Assembly (NCBI GenBank): GCA_964016885.1
Contig: OZ024740.1
Coordinates: 162,006,001-162,070,000 of the forward strand
Direction: 5' to 3'
Length of the DNA stretch: 64,000 nucleotides
Origin: Eledone cirrhosa
Lineage: Eukaryota
Shown here: in pieces, positions 22,359 to 35,983 of the stretch
How the letters are laid out: each line of letters starts with the position of its first letter
Position numbering within the stretch: position 1 is the first letter of the stretch
Program-made: the position numbers and the translations under genes
The notes under the pieces: model-generated
Told to the model about the DNA's origin: nothing
The model's database searches: none
Seen by the model: the letters and a program-made list of their open reading frames with translations, nothing else

Positions 22359-22546
22359 TTAATCCTTTAACATTTACATTACTCTATATATACTATTGTA
22401 CTTTTGTGGTAAAGGCTTTATCTCACATAATATCGAATCTATGAGATTTTGATGTTATTTATTTTGAGAATACCTTAACATCACATGACTGGTTTGAACA
22501 GAAACAGGTTATAGAATTCTGACCAGATTAAATGCTAAAGGGTTAA
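22359..22546. mobile_element. piggyBac-like MITE
   Basis: TTAA at both ends; ttaatcctttaacattta / taaatgctaaagggttaa inverted termini; relatives at 39711-39906 and about 45190. Confidence 0.65.
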
Positions 22547-22649
22547 AGCATGAATCAACCTTGTATGGCCTTCATAGCAATATTTCAGTCGCCTATTATG
22601 AAATACACACAGTTTCTAATTTAAGTACAAGCCCAGCAATTTGTGAAGA

Positions 22650-23306
22650 GAGGTTTATTACATGTTATAATGATAATAAGGACTAGTCTTATGAAAAGCA
22701 ACATAATGTGAAGCATTTTGCCCTCAATAACACAGCACACTGAGCAGTTGAGGAATCAAAACCAATATCCTAACAACTAAGTTGCATACCTTCACGTTGA
22801 AACCCCAGTTCTTTATAGGTACTTTATTTTATTGAATCTTGGTAGGATTTGAACTCAGAATGTAAAGAGCCTGAACAAATACAGCTAAGTATTTGTTCAA
22901 TGCTCTGACAATTCTGCTAATCCAACACCCTAATAACTGTTTCTACTTTTAGGCACAAGGCCAGCATCCTAATAATAATCCTGCAAAACTTACATCAACA
23001 AAGAACAAAATTCACTGGTTGGAGGTGGCTTAACGCATCTTACATCAATGCCAATACAATATATAAATATATATACAACATTTTAAACTTGGATCCAATT
23101 AGAACATCTATATCTAGAATAAGAACCCCCCCCCCCCCCAAAAAAAAATGTCTCATATCGGAGGTTTATTACATGTTATAATGATAATAAGGACTAGTCT
23201 TATGAAAAGCAACATAATGTGAAGCATTTTGCCCTCAATAACACAGCACACTGAGCAGTTGAGGAATCAAAACCAATATCCTAACAACTAAGTTGCATAC
23301 CTTCAC
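22650..23306. repeat. Exact 146-bp direct duplication
   Basis: 22650-22795 is identical to 23161-23306. Confidence 0.95.
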
Positions 23307-23754
23307 ATATCTAATATATATTTACATGAAAAAAACAAAATAAAAAAAACATAAAAGAAAAGAAGCAAATTCAAAATAAATAAAAATAACAAAGCTCACT
23401 TAAGTTGCTTTTGTGGCACTCTATGATTTGAACAACCAACTGGAAAATTTATTTTAAAGGAGTATAAAAATAAAAATACACACACACACTCACACATAAA
23501 AAATCTACTCTACAGGCAGCACAACTAATAGTACCAGTAGTTATATAAACACTGGTATTCTGATATTGGAAAAACAAATCCAGCAGAAATATACAATGAT
23601 GAAAGTCAGCATGTAAAAAGACAATTGGGTAAACAAGCAAATAGTATTTGTGTTTTTATAGCATTACTCATTAATATCAGTCTCAGCATCATACATTCCA
23701 CTCAGTTTATATATATATATATATGCAGACACACACACACACACATATATATTA

Positions 23755-23950
23755 TATATATAGACAGATACATATACATTTACATACATATGTATAAATA
23801 CACATGTATATACACATACATTTACATACATATGTATAAATACACATACGTATGTATATACCCATACATTTACATACATATGTATATGCACATAGATATA
23901 TACAAACAGACACACATACATTTACATGCATATGTACAGATATATATATA
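23755..23950. repeat. Degenerate ~42-46-bp minisatellite
   Basis: Core catacatttacatacatatgtata recurs about 4 times. Confidence 0.8.
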
Positions 23951-24169
23951 GATGCACATATACATACACACACATGCTAGCAGAGAAAACAACCACTAAA
24001 CGATGATACACACTCATACATATAAATACACACACAAGGTTTACTCTTCTTGTGTATAAATGCAAATAAACTGAATCCTATGAAGACCTCCTACAAAGTA
24101 TTTTTACACTTCACAAAATTTGGACGAGTCCTCTCCCTCTAGCTTGACCTAAATATTAGTCGAGGTATG

Positions 24170-24220
<51 letters not shown>

Positions 24221-26180
24221 AGCAAATAACACAGGCACCAGGCCAGATGTCCTCTATGATATGGTATAGACTTTTACAGCTAACACATTAAAATAGAAAA
24301 AAATATTAGCTTAAAGCTTATATATCAACCCCCAGGCACAACAACAGACCTATGATAGAAGCAAGCACATTAAGTCTTTAACATCATTAGTATTCAAGGA
24401 AAAACATAAATATATGTATATATATATATGCATATATTTATGAGAGAAAGAAAGGGAGAGGGAGAGAAAGATGACATGGGGGTAGGGAATGTGTATTGAT
24501 AAATAAAGTAATCCCTTTTAGAAATATATTCACAAAATTGACTAGCATAATATATATCTTTCCAGTTAGAGTGTCAAGTCAACTGACTTATTTCATTCTC
24601 TATTCTAGCTAATAGATCTCAAAAGATAAAATAGAGTAAAAGTATGCTATTTACAAAATAATGTCATTTCAATGCATATATTTATGACAGGTACTGATAT
24701 CACAAAATGGAAGCTATCAAAACCAGTCTACAATATTTTACAAGTTACTCTAAATTATTTCATTAAATGTTATCATAATAGTTTCCTTATTTGTGGTCAA
24801 GGACATGTTCTCCACAACACCACCCAACACTACCTCCGCTAATGAAGAAAATTCAAATGCTTACTTTAAATAATTAGGTTTTGATCCATTCTTTACAAGG
24901 GCCATAAGCATATCATTAAAAATATGCCCAGAAAACATTTTATTCAAAATAATTGATAAAACTCCAGACAATATGAGTGAGTAACTAACTATCTCTAATC
25001 TGCTGCAGTAAATGGTTATAAAAGTTATAAAGATAAAATTTGAGGAAGAGCAGCACCCATCACACTTTATTTTACCAAGGTCACTAATACAGCGAGAATA
25101 AGAAGTTATACTCAAACATTAGACATGGCTCAAATGCTTGCAGTTAAGTGAACTCTGCTAAAGGTTGCAAAAGGCCAGTTCACAACATCATGAGAGTGTA
25201 ATAAGATTATCCTTGCACAGCTTTTGGGGACAGGGGGATCTAATTATTATTATTATGGATAATTGGGAAAAATACAAAAAGAATACAAAATGTTTCCAAG
25301 GAAAAAGAGACAGTGAAATGAGATTGATAAGTTTATCAGTGTTATGTAGATGAGAGTGGTACAGGATGGGATCTTGTCACTTGCTTGGAGAGACCCCTTT
25401 CAATGGGTAGATAATGGCCAAGAATGAGGATGATGATGATGACGACCAAAATCAGTCAAGGTATTAATATAGATGTTTCTACAGTAAGAATGGGACCTGT
25501 TCTCAGCTATGTAAACTAAGGAGTTTTAATCCATTTGCTACCAGCAAGGAAATTTAATACTTTTGATATCAGCCCAGCCAAATCTGGCTCAGGTTCTATG
25601 AAACAAAACCACCCAATTTTACCATATGTAAGCCATGAAATATTTGACAAAACATTGATGGTTAAAATATAAGTTGGCATATATTCGAGGTCAATATTTT
25701 GCCGATTTTCACCAGATTCAAATTCTACATAAATAAGGTGCTACAACTATAAATTGGTTAAACATACAGAAAAAGAAAGCAGCATTGGAAAAAATACAAA
25801 ACAAAAGAAATATACATGCACACACATACACTGTGAGGGTTGTGACATGGTTTGGTTTGAATTTGTGTGGTATCTGTATGGTAGGTGGAGTTGATCAGAG
25901 GATTATGATTTGCATTTGCTTGAGTTCGTGGATAGCATGGGTTTGGTTTAGATCTGTGTACCTTCTAGTTAAAGCAAATGACAACTTTTTCATCATAATT
26001 TACAAAATATCAAAAGTATTCTTTGTAGATTTCGTTGGGTCTCAGAGGACATGAGAAAACTCATGAACACAGTCCCTTCCACCAGAACAAAAGCATTAAA
26101 AAAGAAGGTAGATAAGACAGTAAAACTGTCATTTACACACAGTAATAGTCATGAGGCAAAATGAGGAGTTTTATAAAACA

Positions 26181-29047
26181 CTAGCAGTTTAGCCCGGCGT
26201 TGCTCGGGTTTGTTCATTTGCTATGAAAAGTTACATACATGTAAACGTGGCTTATCAATTAAATGCATAAAGCAGTTGAACCGGTTATTAACAGTTACGA
26301 AGCAATTAGCATTTTGGACAATCAATGATGGGTTATTAATCTTCCAATAGCGAATTTAGCAGACCAAAGTTGCAAGATGGTGGCCCTGATGCCGCTGGGT
26401 GTCAGATCTGTCCGCCATGGGTGACCCTACAAGGAAATAGTTTTCCAGACGGCATAGCTCCAACACCTCCAACACCTCTTTGTAGACGATATTGCGTGTC
26501 ATCCCTTGAGGAGTCTAAGCAAAAAATCCATTCCTGCTCCCTACGTGGAAACAGGCAACATAAAGTTGACCATGGGAGAAGCATGGCTCCCCCAAATGGA
26601 TGCCCGCTACCAACAATGTTTGCCCTTATGACTTGTTAAATGACATGGCAAAACCTGGTCTCACTGGGAATTGGGATCGCCAGAATTCGAACGGGATATC
26701 TGACGCCGAGGGGAAAAGGTTCATCTTTGGAATGAAAACATTCTCCCCTCTCCCGCACCCCATTACAATGGTGGCCTCAATCAAGTGGGGCGTCAGTGAC
26801 TTGACGACCATGCGAGTACCGTTGCACTGCTTTGGTGGACGCAAGTTCCTTATTAGCATAATGGGACAGCCAACCCTAAGCTTAAGAATGTGAGGTGGGA
26901 GCCCTGGGGCCTCAAGGAAATTTAATAACTCAACCAGATAATTAACTATATCGTCGGGGTCTGACGTCCGGTCGATAGATTTGAAGATGTGTTCTTTACC
27001 AGGAATTTTCTCAATCAGCTGCTCGTTAATAAAAATAACCATGGTATTTTTCAGAGCAAGGATGGCTCTTTCTCTGAGCCAATCGAGGTTTTTAAAGTTA
27101 GATGAGACATTAGGAAACACTGCTTCCCAAAGGTCAGAAGGGCTGCTCACAATGTTGCACAGGGAGTCGATTGCTATGCCGCCTTTGTCATCCGCAGGGA
27201 CCTTGCCCTTACCAAGTGCTAAAATGTTCTGAGCAAATGCTGCAGACATGTTGTCAACATGCAAATGAGCACGCATATTTGTGCTCAGGTACAAACTCTT
27301 CACCTGGGACCACAGCATGGACGACTTAAGGCAGGCACGCACTTCATCAGCTCTTGTCCCTTTGGGGATGACAGGAAGCGTTTGCCGAAAATCCTCTGAT
27401 AGCAGAAGGGTTACGCCACCCATAGGAGCCGTAGAATCCCTAATGTCTTTCAGGGTCCTGTCCAATGCCTCAAGGGCACCCTTGTGTGCCATTGTGCACT
27501 CATCCCAAACAATGAGGCAACATTTTTTTAGAACCAGAGCTTCGTGTGAGCTCTTGCTGATATTGCATGTTAGTGTCTCAGTTTTTACTAAATCCAAGTG
27601 GTGTTTAAAGGTTGAATGTGCTGTCCTGCCTCCCGGCAGCAAAGTAGCAGCAATCCCGGGCGATGCAACGGCCAACGCAACTTTTTTCTCCTGACGAATC
27701 TTAGTGAGAATCAATTTTGTTACATAAGTTTTTCCGGTACCCCCAGGAGCATCGAGAAAGTAAATACCCCCAGTCTGGTTTTGAACCGTGTCAATAATAG
27801 TTAAATAGGCCAACCTTTGGTCCAACAGAAGTTTGGGCTCATTTTCCTCTAAGTATTGGGAAAGAGATTCGATGTCATATGCTGTTTCTCACAACAAATC
27901 CGGGGCCAACGTGTTAGCTTCCTCTCTAACGGTTGACGGCAAGCCATACGTCGCCAACTCACTCCCACCCATGTCGAGAAGGGCGTCCTCGATATCAATG
28001 AGTGCCCTATTCTAGATAATGTCACTGAAGGATACTGCAGATGAGCCAGGTGCAGGAAGTCCTCAGACATGAAGTCTCTGTACTTGACCCATAAAGATTT
28101 GGGATCACCCAATTCACACTTTTGAAGCAAAATGGCAAAGAGTTCCCGTAGACCTTTAGGTGATTTCAACAAAGCACCCTCTGCTAAAGTGGAATCCCAT
28201 TGCGAATCATCTTCCAAAAGACCACGCTTAAAGCAGGTTTCCCGGTACGTATCACATATTTCTTCATCAACAGTTTTGAGGTCCTGAAAACTTTGTGGGC
28301 CTACAACTTCATGCAGAAGAAGGCGGAGATGAAAGCACTCATGCTGACTTGGGGGCACAGTGTAAACCCTTCCAAGACAGCTGTCAAATTTTACACTAGG
28401 ATGTCTTTCAACAGCCTGACCTGACTTTCTTCGCACCCAAGTGTTTTTCGACCATATAAAGTAGGGTAGAACCTGGGGGTACACAATTGGTTGCGGAAAT
28501 GTATCGAACTGGCAACATTTGAAGAAACTCGTCAGAGTGGTCTCTTTCGGATCGGCGGCCAACTTGGCGGTGGTTTGGTCCGTAAAGTAAACCCTTTGCT
28601 CATTTTCCAAATGTACCGCAAGCTGTACGATTTAAAATGCCCCAGAAAAGTCTTATGTCAATATGGAACACCAATAACTCCCGCAGCAGTTAAATTATAG
28701 AAGGGGAATAATCTATTATAGAGAGATGGAAGAGCGATGAGAGAGTAAAGCTAAGAAACTATAGGGAGGTGTGCCGTATGCCAATACGGAACGCCAATGA
28801 CTCCCGCAGCAGTTAAATGATAGAGAGGGGGGTAAAGCTAAGAAACTATAGGGAGGTGTGTTAAACCTCAAAGCATGATCGGTTTTTGGCCTTATTGTTG
28901 ATTGATTTGAAATTTTTTTGCTTCATGACTTTCTCCTGACCAAAAGCAATAATTGTCCCGACTTTGAATAGAATCCGTTGGGAATTGTGTACGTGCATAC
29001 ATTATAAACCTTAACACACACACATCCTCAGCTTTATATATATATAA
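26181..29047 (-). mobile_element. Helitron, internally deleted (helicase retained, HUH Rep nuclease missing)
   Basis: 3' end on minus strand cccgagcaacgccggg...CTAG|T at 26181; 5' end ttatatatatataaagctgaggatgtgtg at about 29047; RepHel remnant inside. Confidence 0.92.
26516..28633 (-). pseudogene. Helitron RepHel C-terminal half (PIF1-family helicase), disrupted
   Basis: LAVHLENEQRVYF, HLRLLLHEV.GP.SF.DLKTV, DAPGGTGKT, IVWDE, DFRQTLPV, RNL.PPK.CNGTR, QFPV..FAMS.NKS*GQT, FSHGQLYVA; frameshift near 28000 and stop at 26626-26628. Confidence 0.95.
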
Positions 29048-29700
29048 CTAGTAGAAGTGCCCGGCGTTGCTCGGAGTTTAATTGCTTTAAAGTACTTTTA
29101 ATGATTCCACTCAATTATGAATATTGAGGCATTGAAAGTAAATACGGGTAAGTTTGAAAATATACAACAATAGCATCTACTCACTATATATCAGACCGGC
29201 AAGACTGCAGTGGTGCTGAATAGAGGAGTCACAACACCTCTATCTAGACCACATTTTTTGTTCTGCCTTTGGGCGCAAAGTATGAATAAGTTCTGCTTGC
29301 ATCCCACTCTTGGCAGTCCAGAGAGGTCCAAGGAATTGAGGAATTCTGTTGGAAAATCGTCAATCTCATCTTTGTCCACCACTTTGTCCACAGATTTGTA
29401 GGTACGGAGGTTTCCAGGAATACGTTGCAGAAGGTCCTCATTGATTTTTGCAACTGAGACATTTTTGGGAGCCAATATGGCTCCATCGCAAAGCCAACTC
29501 GTGTTTTTGTAGTTGGTCGACATATTGGGAGAGACAGAGGCTGTGAGGTCGTCAACAGTGTCGACAACAGTGCCTACTTGCGAGACTGCCATTTCTCCAG
29601 CTGCATCCGAAGGTGCAGTGCCATCACCAACTGTTAAGAGGTCCTTTGAGAAGTCGGCTGCAGTTGGGCTCTCATGTCTTAAATAAAGGATACATTTGAA
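29048..29700 (-). mobile_element. Second Helitron fragment (5'-truncated, internally deleted helicase)
   Basis: 3' hairpin ccgagcaacgccggg + CTAG at 29048-29051; LLTVGDG, AILAPKN, TYKSVD, FPTEFLNSL.SGLP jumps directly to RVG..NLFI. Confidence 0.9.
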
Positions 29701-29934
29701 CAATGCAGTCCTTCATATAAAAATCATGGGATGGTCATAGGTCGACCGCATATTATAAAATTTCCTCTTTTTATTTACCATTTATTTTGTTGTTTACTTT
29801 TCATAATATATATGAAAATAATATTACCTTTTTATGCTTTCATGACCATATTTTCCATGAAATACACTATTTTGATTAATTGATTATTTAAACAGGTTTA
29901 CCAAAATTAGTAACTATTTCATTACTAAGATAAT

Positions 29935-30123
29935 TGTTTCTACGTTTGGAACAAGACCAGCAATTACCCAGTGCATTACTGGTACTTTATTTTATCGACC
30001 CCATAAGGATGAAAGGAAAAATTAACCTCTGTGAGAATTGAACTCAGAATGGCAAGGGCCGTAACTCTATACGTCAAAGCATGGCGTCCGACCCTCTACC
30101 GATACTGCCAATACACCACCCTC
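29935..30123 (-). mobile_element. Full-length Nin/Deu-domain SINE
   Basis: Same family as 14803; 19-bp TSD atttcattactaagataat (29916-29934, 30124-30142). Confidence 0.93.
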
Positions 30124-30559
30124 ATTTCATTACTAAGATAATAATTTAACATCATATAAAATTATGTTGGAACCCTTTAAAATTAATGGTTTTGTTTCTT
30201 AGAAACAGAGCCAGTTTTTGGTCAGGTTGATATTAAAAGGGTTAAATGGAATAAAGAAAAAGAAAAAATATATATATATTTCTGAAACAAAATTTCCATA
30301 TTTGTGGTGGCTTTCACAGGACTATCTCTACACCTGCCTTATAGATAACATACCAATTTATTTGTTGTTTATTATTTTAATTTTGACCAATAGATACTAA
30401 TGGATTAGTAACGCCAAAAGTAACTTTTCCCTCATTTTTATTTTACAGAATATTTTCTTAAATCATTATCACTGTAAACATTATAAATGATTCCATTAAT
30501 TCACTGTAAATGTCTCAAATTGTAAGTATATATGCATGTACATGTGAGTGCATGAGGAT

Positions 30560-30950
30560 GGTGGATTAGCAGCGTCGGACAACATGCTTTGTCTTTCATC
30601 CTTATGGGGTCGATAAAATAAAGGACCAGTAACGCATCGGAGTTGATTTAATTGCCCGCCACCCAAACATATATATATATAATGGCCTTGAGCCTAAATC
30701 AGAAACCATTATTAGAGATGCAGAATAGGGCTGTGGATTGGCAGTATTGATAGAGCGTCGGACACGATGCTACGTGGCATAGAGTTACGGCCCTTTATGT
30801 TCCGAGTTCAAATCCCGCTAAGGTTAGCTTTGCCTTTCATCCTTATAAGATCGACAAAATAAAGTACCAGTCCCGCACTGGGATCAATTTAATCGACTTT
30901 CCTCGCCACCAAAATTGCTGGCCCTGTGCCTATATAAGAAACCATTATTG
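30560..30950 (+). mobile_element. Two tandem Nin/Deu-domain SINE copies
   Basis: Deleted copy at about 30560-30712 and near-complete copy at about 30728-30950. Confidence 0.85.
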
Positions 30951-31399
30951 GAGGTGCACGTGTAAATTTCACTATTAACTCTTAACATCTCATAATGATT
31001 TAGGAAAAAATATCTAAAAATAGATTTGTTAATTCAAATATCAATAATATCTTTACAATTGGTGAGATTGTCATGAAAATTTGCAGTAAAGATTTTAATT
31101 TTTCATGTGATGCAGTCATAGTGCTGTTTTGTACTTTTAAAGAATGTCTTGATAATGTGGTACAGGACATTAAGAATTAATCAAACCCTAACTTTATTCA
31201 TTATCCAGTAATTTCAAGGTATTTCTATTTGTTTTCTTCATTTTCATTTCATTATATAGGTTGCAACCATATGTGCTTTTTTGATTTTGAATATTATTTT
31301 GTATTTTGGAATAATTGAATAGTTGCATCTATAAAACAAAAACAGGATAGCTTGAAAAGTGAGACCCAAATCTTAATGCATTATCCATTTATATATATA

Positions 31400-31403
<4 letters not shown>

Positions 31404-31493
<90 letters not shown>

Positions 31494-31500
31494 AAGAGAG
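31404..31500. repeat. (GA)n microsatellite
   Basis: Directly visible. Confidence 0.95.
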
Positions 31501-31580
31501 ATTGGGAGTGACAAGTTTAAATGAGTATGACTATTGTTCAGCTAGGTACTCGTTACTTGGGATACCTACAGAGTAGGTAT

Positions 31581-31678
31581 TGTAAAGAGTTAGTGCCTGG
31601 CAGCTAAGCTCTTACCATTTTGACGGCATTCACCATCAAAATGGCAAGAGCTCAGCCAATGGGCACTTATTCTTTACA
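31581..31678. repeat. Imperfect ~98-bp palindrome, related to 17975-18092
   Basis: tgtaaagagttagtgcc...ggcacttattctttaca; shares ccatcaaaaYgg..gagctc.gcc and the gtactc..tactt.gg...agagt.ggta flank with the 18-kb element. Confidence 0.7.
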
Positions 31679-34600
31679 CTATATATATATATACTGTGAA
31701 GGTACCTATATATAAATTTTATATACTGCACAGCCAACATCATCATTTCATTATTATTTAACATCAGTTTTACCTGATAGCAAAGGTTAGACAGGTTTCA
31801 CAAACAAAATCTGTATGGAATCACTGGGTGCATTGTATCAGGGCACCTACACTAGGGAAGCCCTGTCATTGACTCAGCTAAAGAGCACTCTTTACTCTAT
31901 AGGTGGGGATATGATGGGATATGAGAGAGGAGGAGGCAGGAATTAGGGAGCAATTAAAAAAAGTTTTAACAACTGTGGTATGGAAATTAACAGATCCTAA
32001 AACATAGTATACACTATGAAACTTCATGTGAATGTGCATTAGATACTTTGATGTTTTACAATAAAAACATTGGAAAATTCACATTTAACTCAAGCTCGTT
32101 ATACAACACATACATGCTATTTATACTATATACGTGCACTGATTGATATTAGATTTAATGAATAAAATACTAGTTATTAAAAATATATATACATTTTTTA
32201 AATATGTCAGTTAGATAAAAGTTTGAAAAACTCCTAGACTTAGTAAAACTGTTTACTGTGAAGTCAAGTAAATTGTGTTTTGAATACTTAATTGTTATAT
32301 CCTGTGGATAAGAACTCAGACAATGATGACAATTCATCCAAACCATGTCAGCATAGAAAATAGATGTAAAATGATGATGTCATAACAAGTTCACTATCAC
32401 AATCATACAGATATCCTTTCCTCATATAATAACAATGGTATCAGACTCTAGTGAACCATTTCTTAAAAAAAATTATTTTCACTATATCTGATAAATAGCA
32501 CCTTTTTCTTTTTATTAACAGAAAATATTTCAGAAAAAAAAAAACAATAAAGTAGAAAAGTAATCAATATTATAGGAGAGGGAAGTAGAAGTAAACCATT
32601 GCAGACTTTTTATTATAAATAGAAAGAATAAACTAAGTGATGGAGCTTTCTTTCTTTCTTAACAGTGTGAAGAAGCCATAGAATGAAGTTGTTAAGATGT
32701 GTCATATGGCACATCAAGCTACGATGGATGCCTAGTAAAGGTAACAACAACAATAAAAACAACTATGAAGGTGAGAAAATAATCAGCAATGAAAAGAACA
32801 TGCAACATCACACACAGCTGGCAATGATAAACAACATGATATTGACAGGAGTAAAGTTATGCTACAGAAAGTCTCTTACATTTTAATACAAGCATATGCT
32901 TTCATTATGTTAGAAGTTATCAATTTGGTTGGTTTCAAATCACATAAGAGTAGGGGAGAGCAACATCTAAGAGAAAACAAAGAACATCATGCTAAATAGC
33001 TTGTTTTAAAAACCCATTCAGCTTGAGAAAGAAAGGCAGTAACCATGACCCTTTAGGGCCACAAAGACTGGTGGGATGATTTTATTCATAAACCGAAAAT
33101 CAGGCCTGAATACTTGCAATGGATTGAATACCACTAAAGGTACCTAAGGATGAAGTGGTGGTGTTAATACAGACAATACAACTTTTAAAGAACAGAGTAG
33201 GAAAGGTAGCACTTATAATCCTTTATTGTTTTCGGTACCTCTGAGATTTATGGGAGAATGTTATTCCCTAAGTTAAATACCTGACTTGAATGCTTGCAAC
33301 AGACTAAATTCTGCTAAAGACACTCAAAGACCAAGAGGTGGTGGTATCAATCTGGGCGATAGAACTTTGCCACCCAAGAACTCAGAATACAAAGGACCAG
33401 AACAAATATTGCAAGGCAACTCATCCAACATTCTAAGAATTCTGCCAATCTAGCACTGCCATAGACCTTCACTTTCTTTTATCAACCTTGATTAAAAGGC
33501 AAAGTTGATTTTGGTGGGATTTAAAGAGCCAAATCAAACCACAAGGCATTTTGTACTAATTTCCTCCAATGTAAACTAGATAATGGCATAGCCGTCGAGT
33601 GATTAATACATTTGCCTATGAGATGTTGAGGTTGATCACATTAAGTGACCTCTTTGGCATGTCTTTACTCTAGGCTCGGGTTGACCAAAAAGCTTTGAGA
33701 ATGAAACTGGGTCGACAGAAACTGAGTGGAAAATGACTGAATAAATTGTATCTTTAATTCAAATAACCAGCCTTGACAGTTATTTTGCTAAGCTGATTCA
33801 GTTTGTGAATTACATTAAGAGTACACGGTGGAATACTCAGTAACTCTCTGGATACTCATCAGAAACTAATGGAGGATTCATCAGACTAAAACATCATTCG
33901 TAATAATTGCTATACTAAAACTTAAAAGTAGTAATACTGATAGATTATGGAAAAATTTATCAAAATATTTTGTACCAAGTCTATGTTTAATCAATAAACA
34001 AATTGATTGCATAAACTCATGTATAAGCTACACCTCCATTTTACATAGAACATTTACAATGTACTATGTATTTTGGATTGAAATTTTGTGAATCCAGTAG
34101 ATAAGTTGCATGCTGGTTTTTCATATTGTATATTTTGTAGAAAAAAATGCAATTTATACACAAGTTTATACAGTAATTAATATTTCTTTGAAATCAGTTA
34201 TGAAATAAAAAGTACATTTTATAATTATTGATAAGAACTTCTGTATTGGATGTGATGTACGAACATTATATAAACCATAAAACTTTCAAGTGGGCTACTT
34301 TATAAATTAATAAGTTAAAGAAGGATATTATGTGAGTGTGTATGTATATTATGTATGTATGTCAGAATGCACGAGTGTGTGTGAAATGAAATGTAGTAGT
34401 AGTAGTAGCAGCAGCAGCAGCAGTAGTAAGTAAGCAGCATATAAATAATTGAAAACATATGGTCTACCAGTATTCTGGGTGTTTGTTGGTAGCCATTGAA
34501 AGCTAAAGGCAGGAAAAGTTAAGAGCATTGCATTTCTGCACAGTCAAGCGCTAGCTAATTATATGTCTAGCTGATCCAATACCAACCAGAATGAAAGACT

Positions 34601-35944
34601 ATATAAGACAATTAATGAGGATTTGGTTGCAATCAAGCAAGAAGAATGTTTATGTTTAAGAAATAATAATACTAATACTACTACTGCTAATAATAATAAT
34701 AATAACAATTTTCTTTATTGGCCGCAATAGCCCAAAAATGTTTTATATTTTTCAACAATGTCTTGCTAATGTGGTTTCATGAGGTACACAACATTAAGAG
34801 TTAAAGTATCATAATGCCACCACTCACGGTAAAATTACTTCCAACTTTCATAGTAGATATATGAAAGAAAAAAAAAGGTTCTCTCAGAATGAGATGAAAT
34901 GAGAAAAGAAAAAAACTAAAATAGATAAAATATAAAATATAGAAAAATGGCAAAAAAGGAAAAAAAAAAAAAAAAGAGAGAAAGAAAAAGAAAGACCAAC
35001 TTAAAAAAAAGTCAATGACTCTTAATTTGCCTTCCTCTTGAAAACACAAGTTGGAACTTCCTTTCACATGTTATCCCCCCCCCCCCCTCACATCACTTAC
35101 ACCCACTAGTGTAGAATGACACATAACATAACTCCTACTACACAATACACATAATGGACTTTCTACAATTGATGGAAATTGGGGGGTTTTTTTTACATAA
35201 TGAAATCAAAATTTAATAAACAAAACAAAATAATGTGTAACCATTCCACTCCTGACTATATAAAATTAAATGGTAATTAATAGATTCTAATATAATAATA
35301 ATGAGGTTTTAATTAATGCAATTAACACCAATAATAATAATAATAGTGCTTATTATGTGAATGCACACACATACATAGGACACACGCATTTACCATTTTA
35401 GATGTCTACAGAGTATTAATGGAACCATTTATAATGTTTACAGTGATAATGATTTAAAGAAATAATTTTTCTGCAAAATAAATATGAAAACCAAAAGTTA
35501 TTTTTGGCATTAGTAATCCATTAGTATCTATTAGTTTGTGTGCCATGAGTTAAAAATAATAAACAACAAAATTAATATCATATTACTTGCTTACAGGAGT
35601 AGTTCTGATTCCTTCTCTAAGAAAACAGAACTAGTCCTGTAAAAGTCATTAATTTCATAAATGAAAACATATCCACTCTAGTTCTTGTATTGAGCACATT
35701 GCTTTAAACTGTGGTTTTCTTTCTATCAAAAATAAATATTAAAAATTATATTATTTTCAAATTGACTGCAAGAACAGCTGTGTGAATAAGAAGTTCACTG
35801 TGCACTACAATCACATGGTCCTGTGTTCAATCCCAATGCCTTTTGAATAAAATAGGTAGACAGAAAGAGTTCAGTAGCACATTGGATGGACTGTAGCTAA
35901 TCTTAGGAGACAGACATAATTTGTTGCTCTCTCTCTCTCTCTCT

Positions 35945-35980
<36 letters not shown>

Positions 35981-35983
<3 letters not shown>

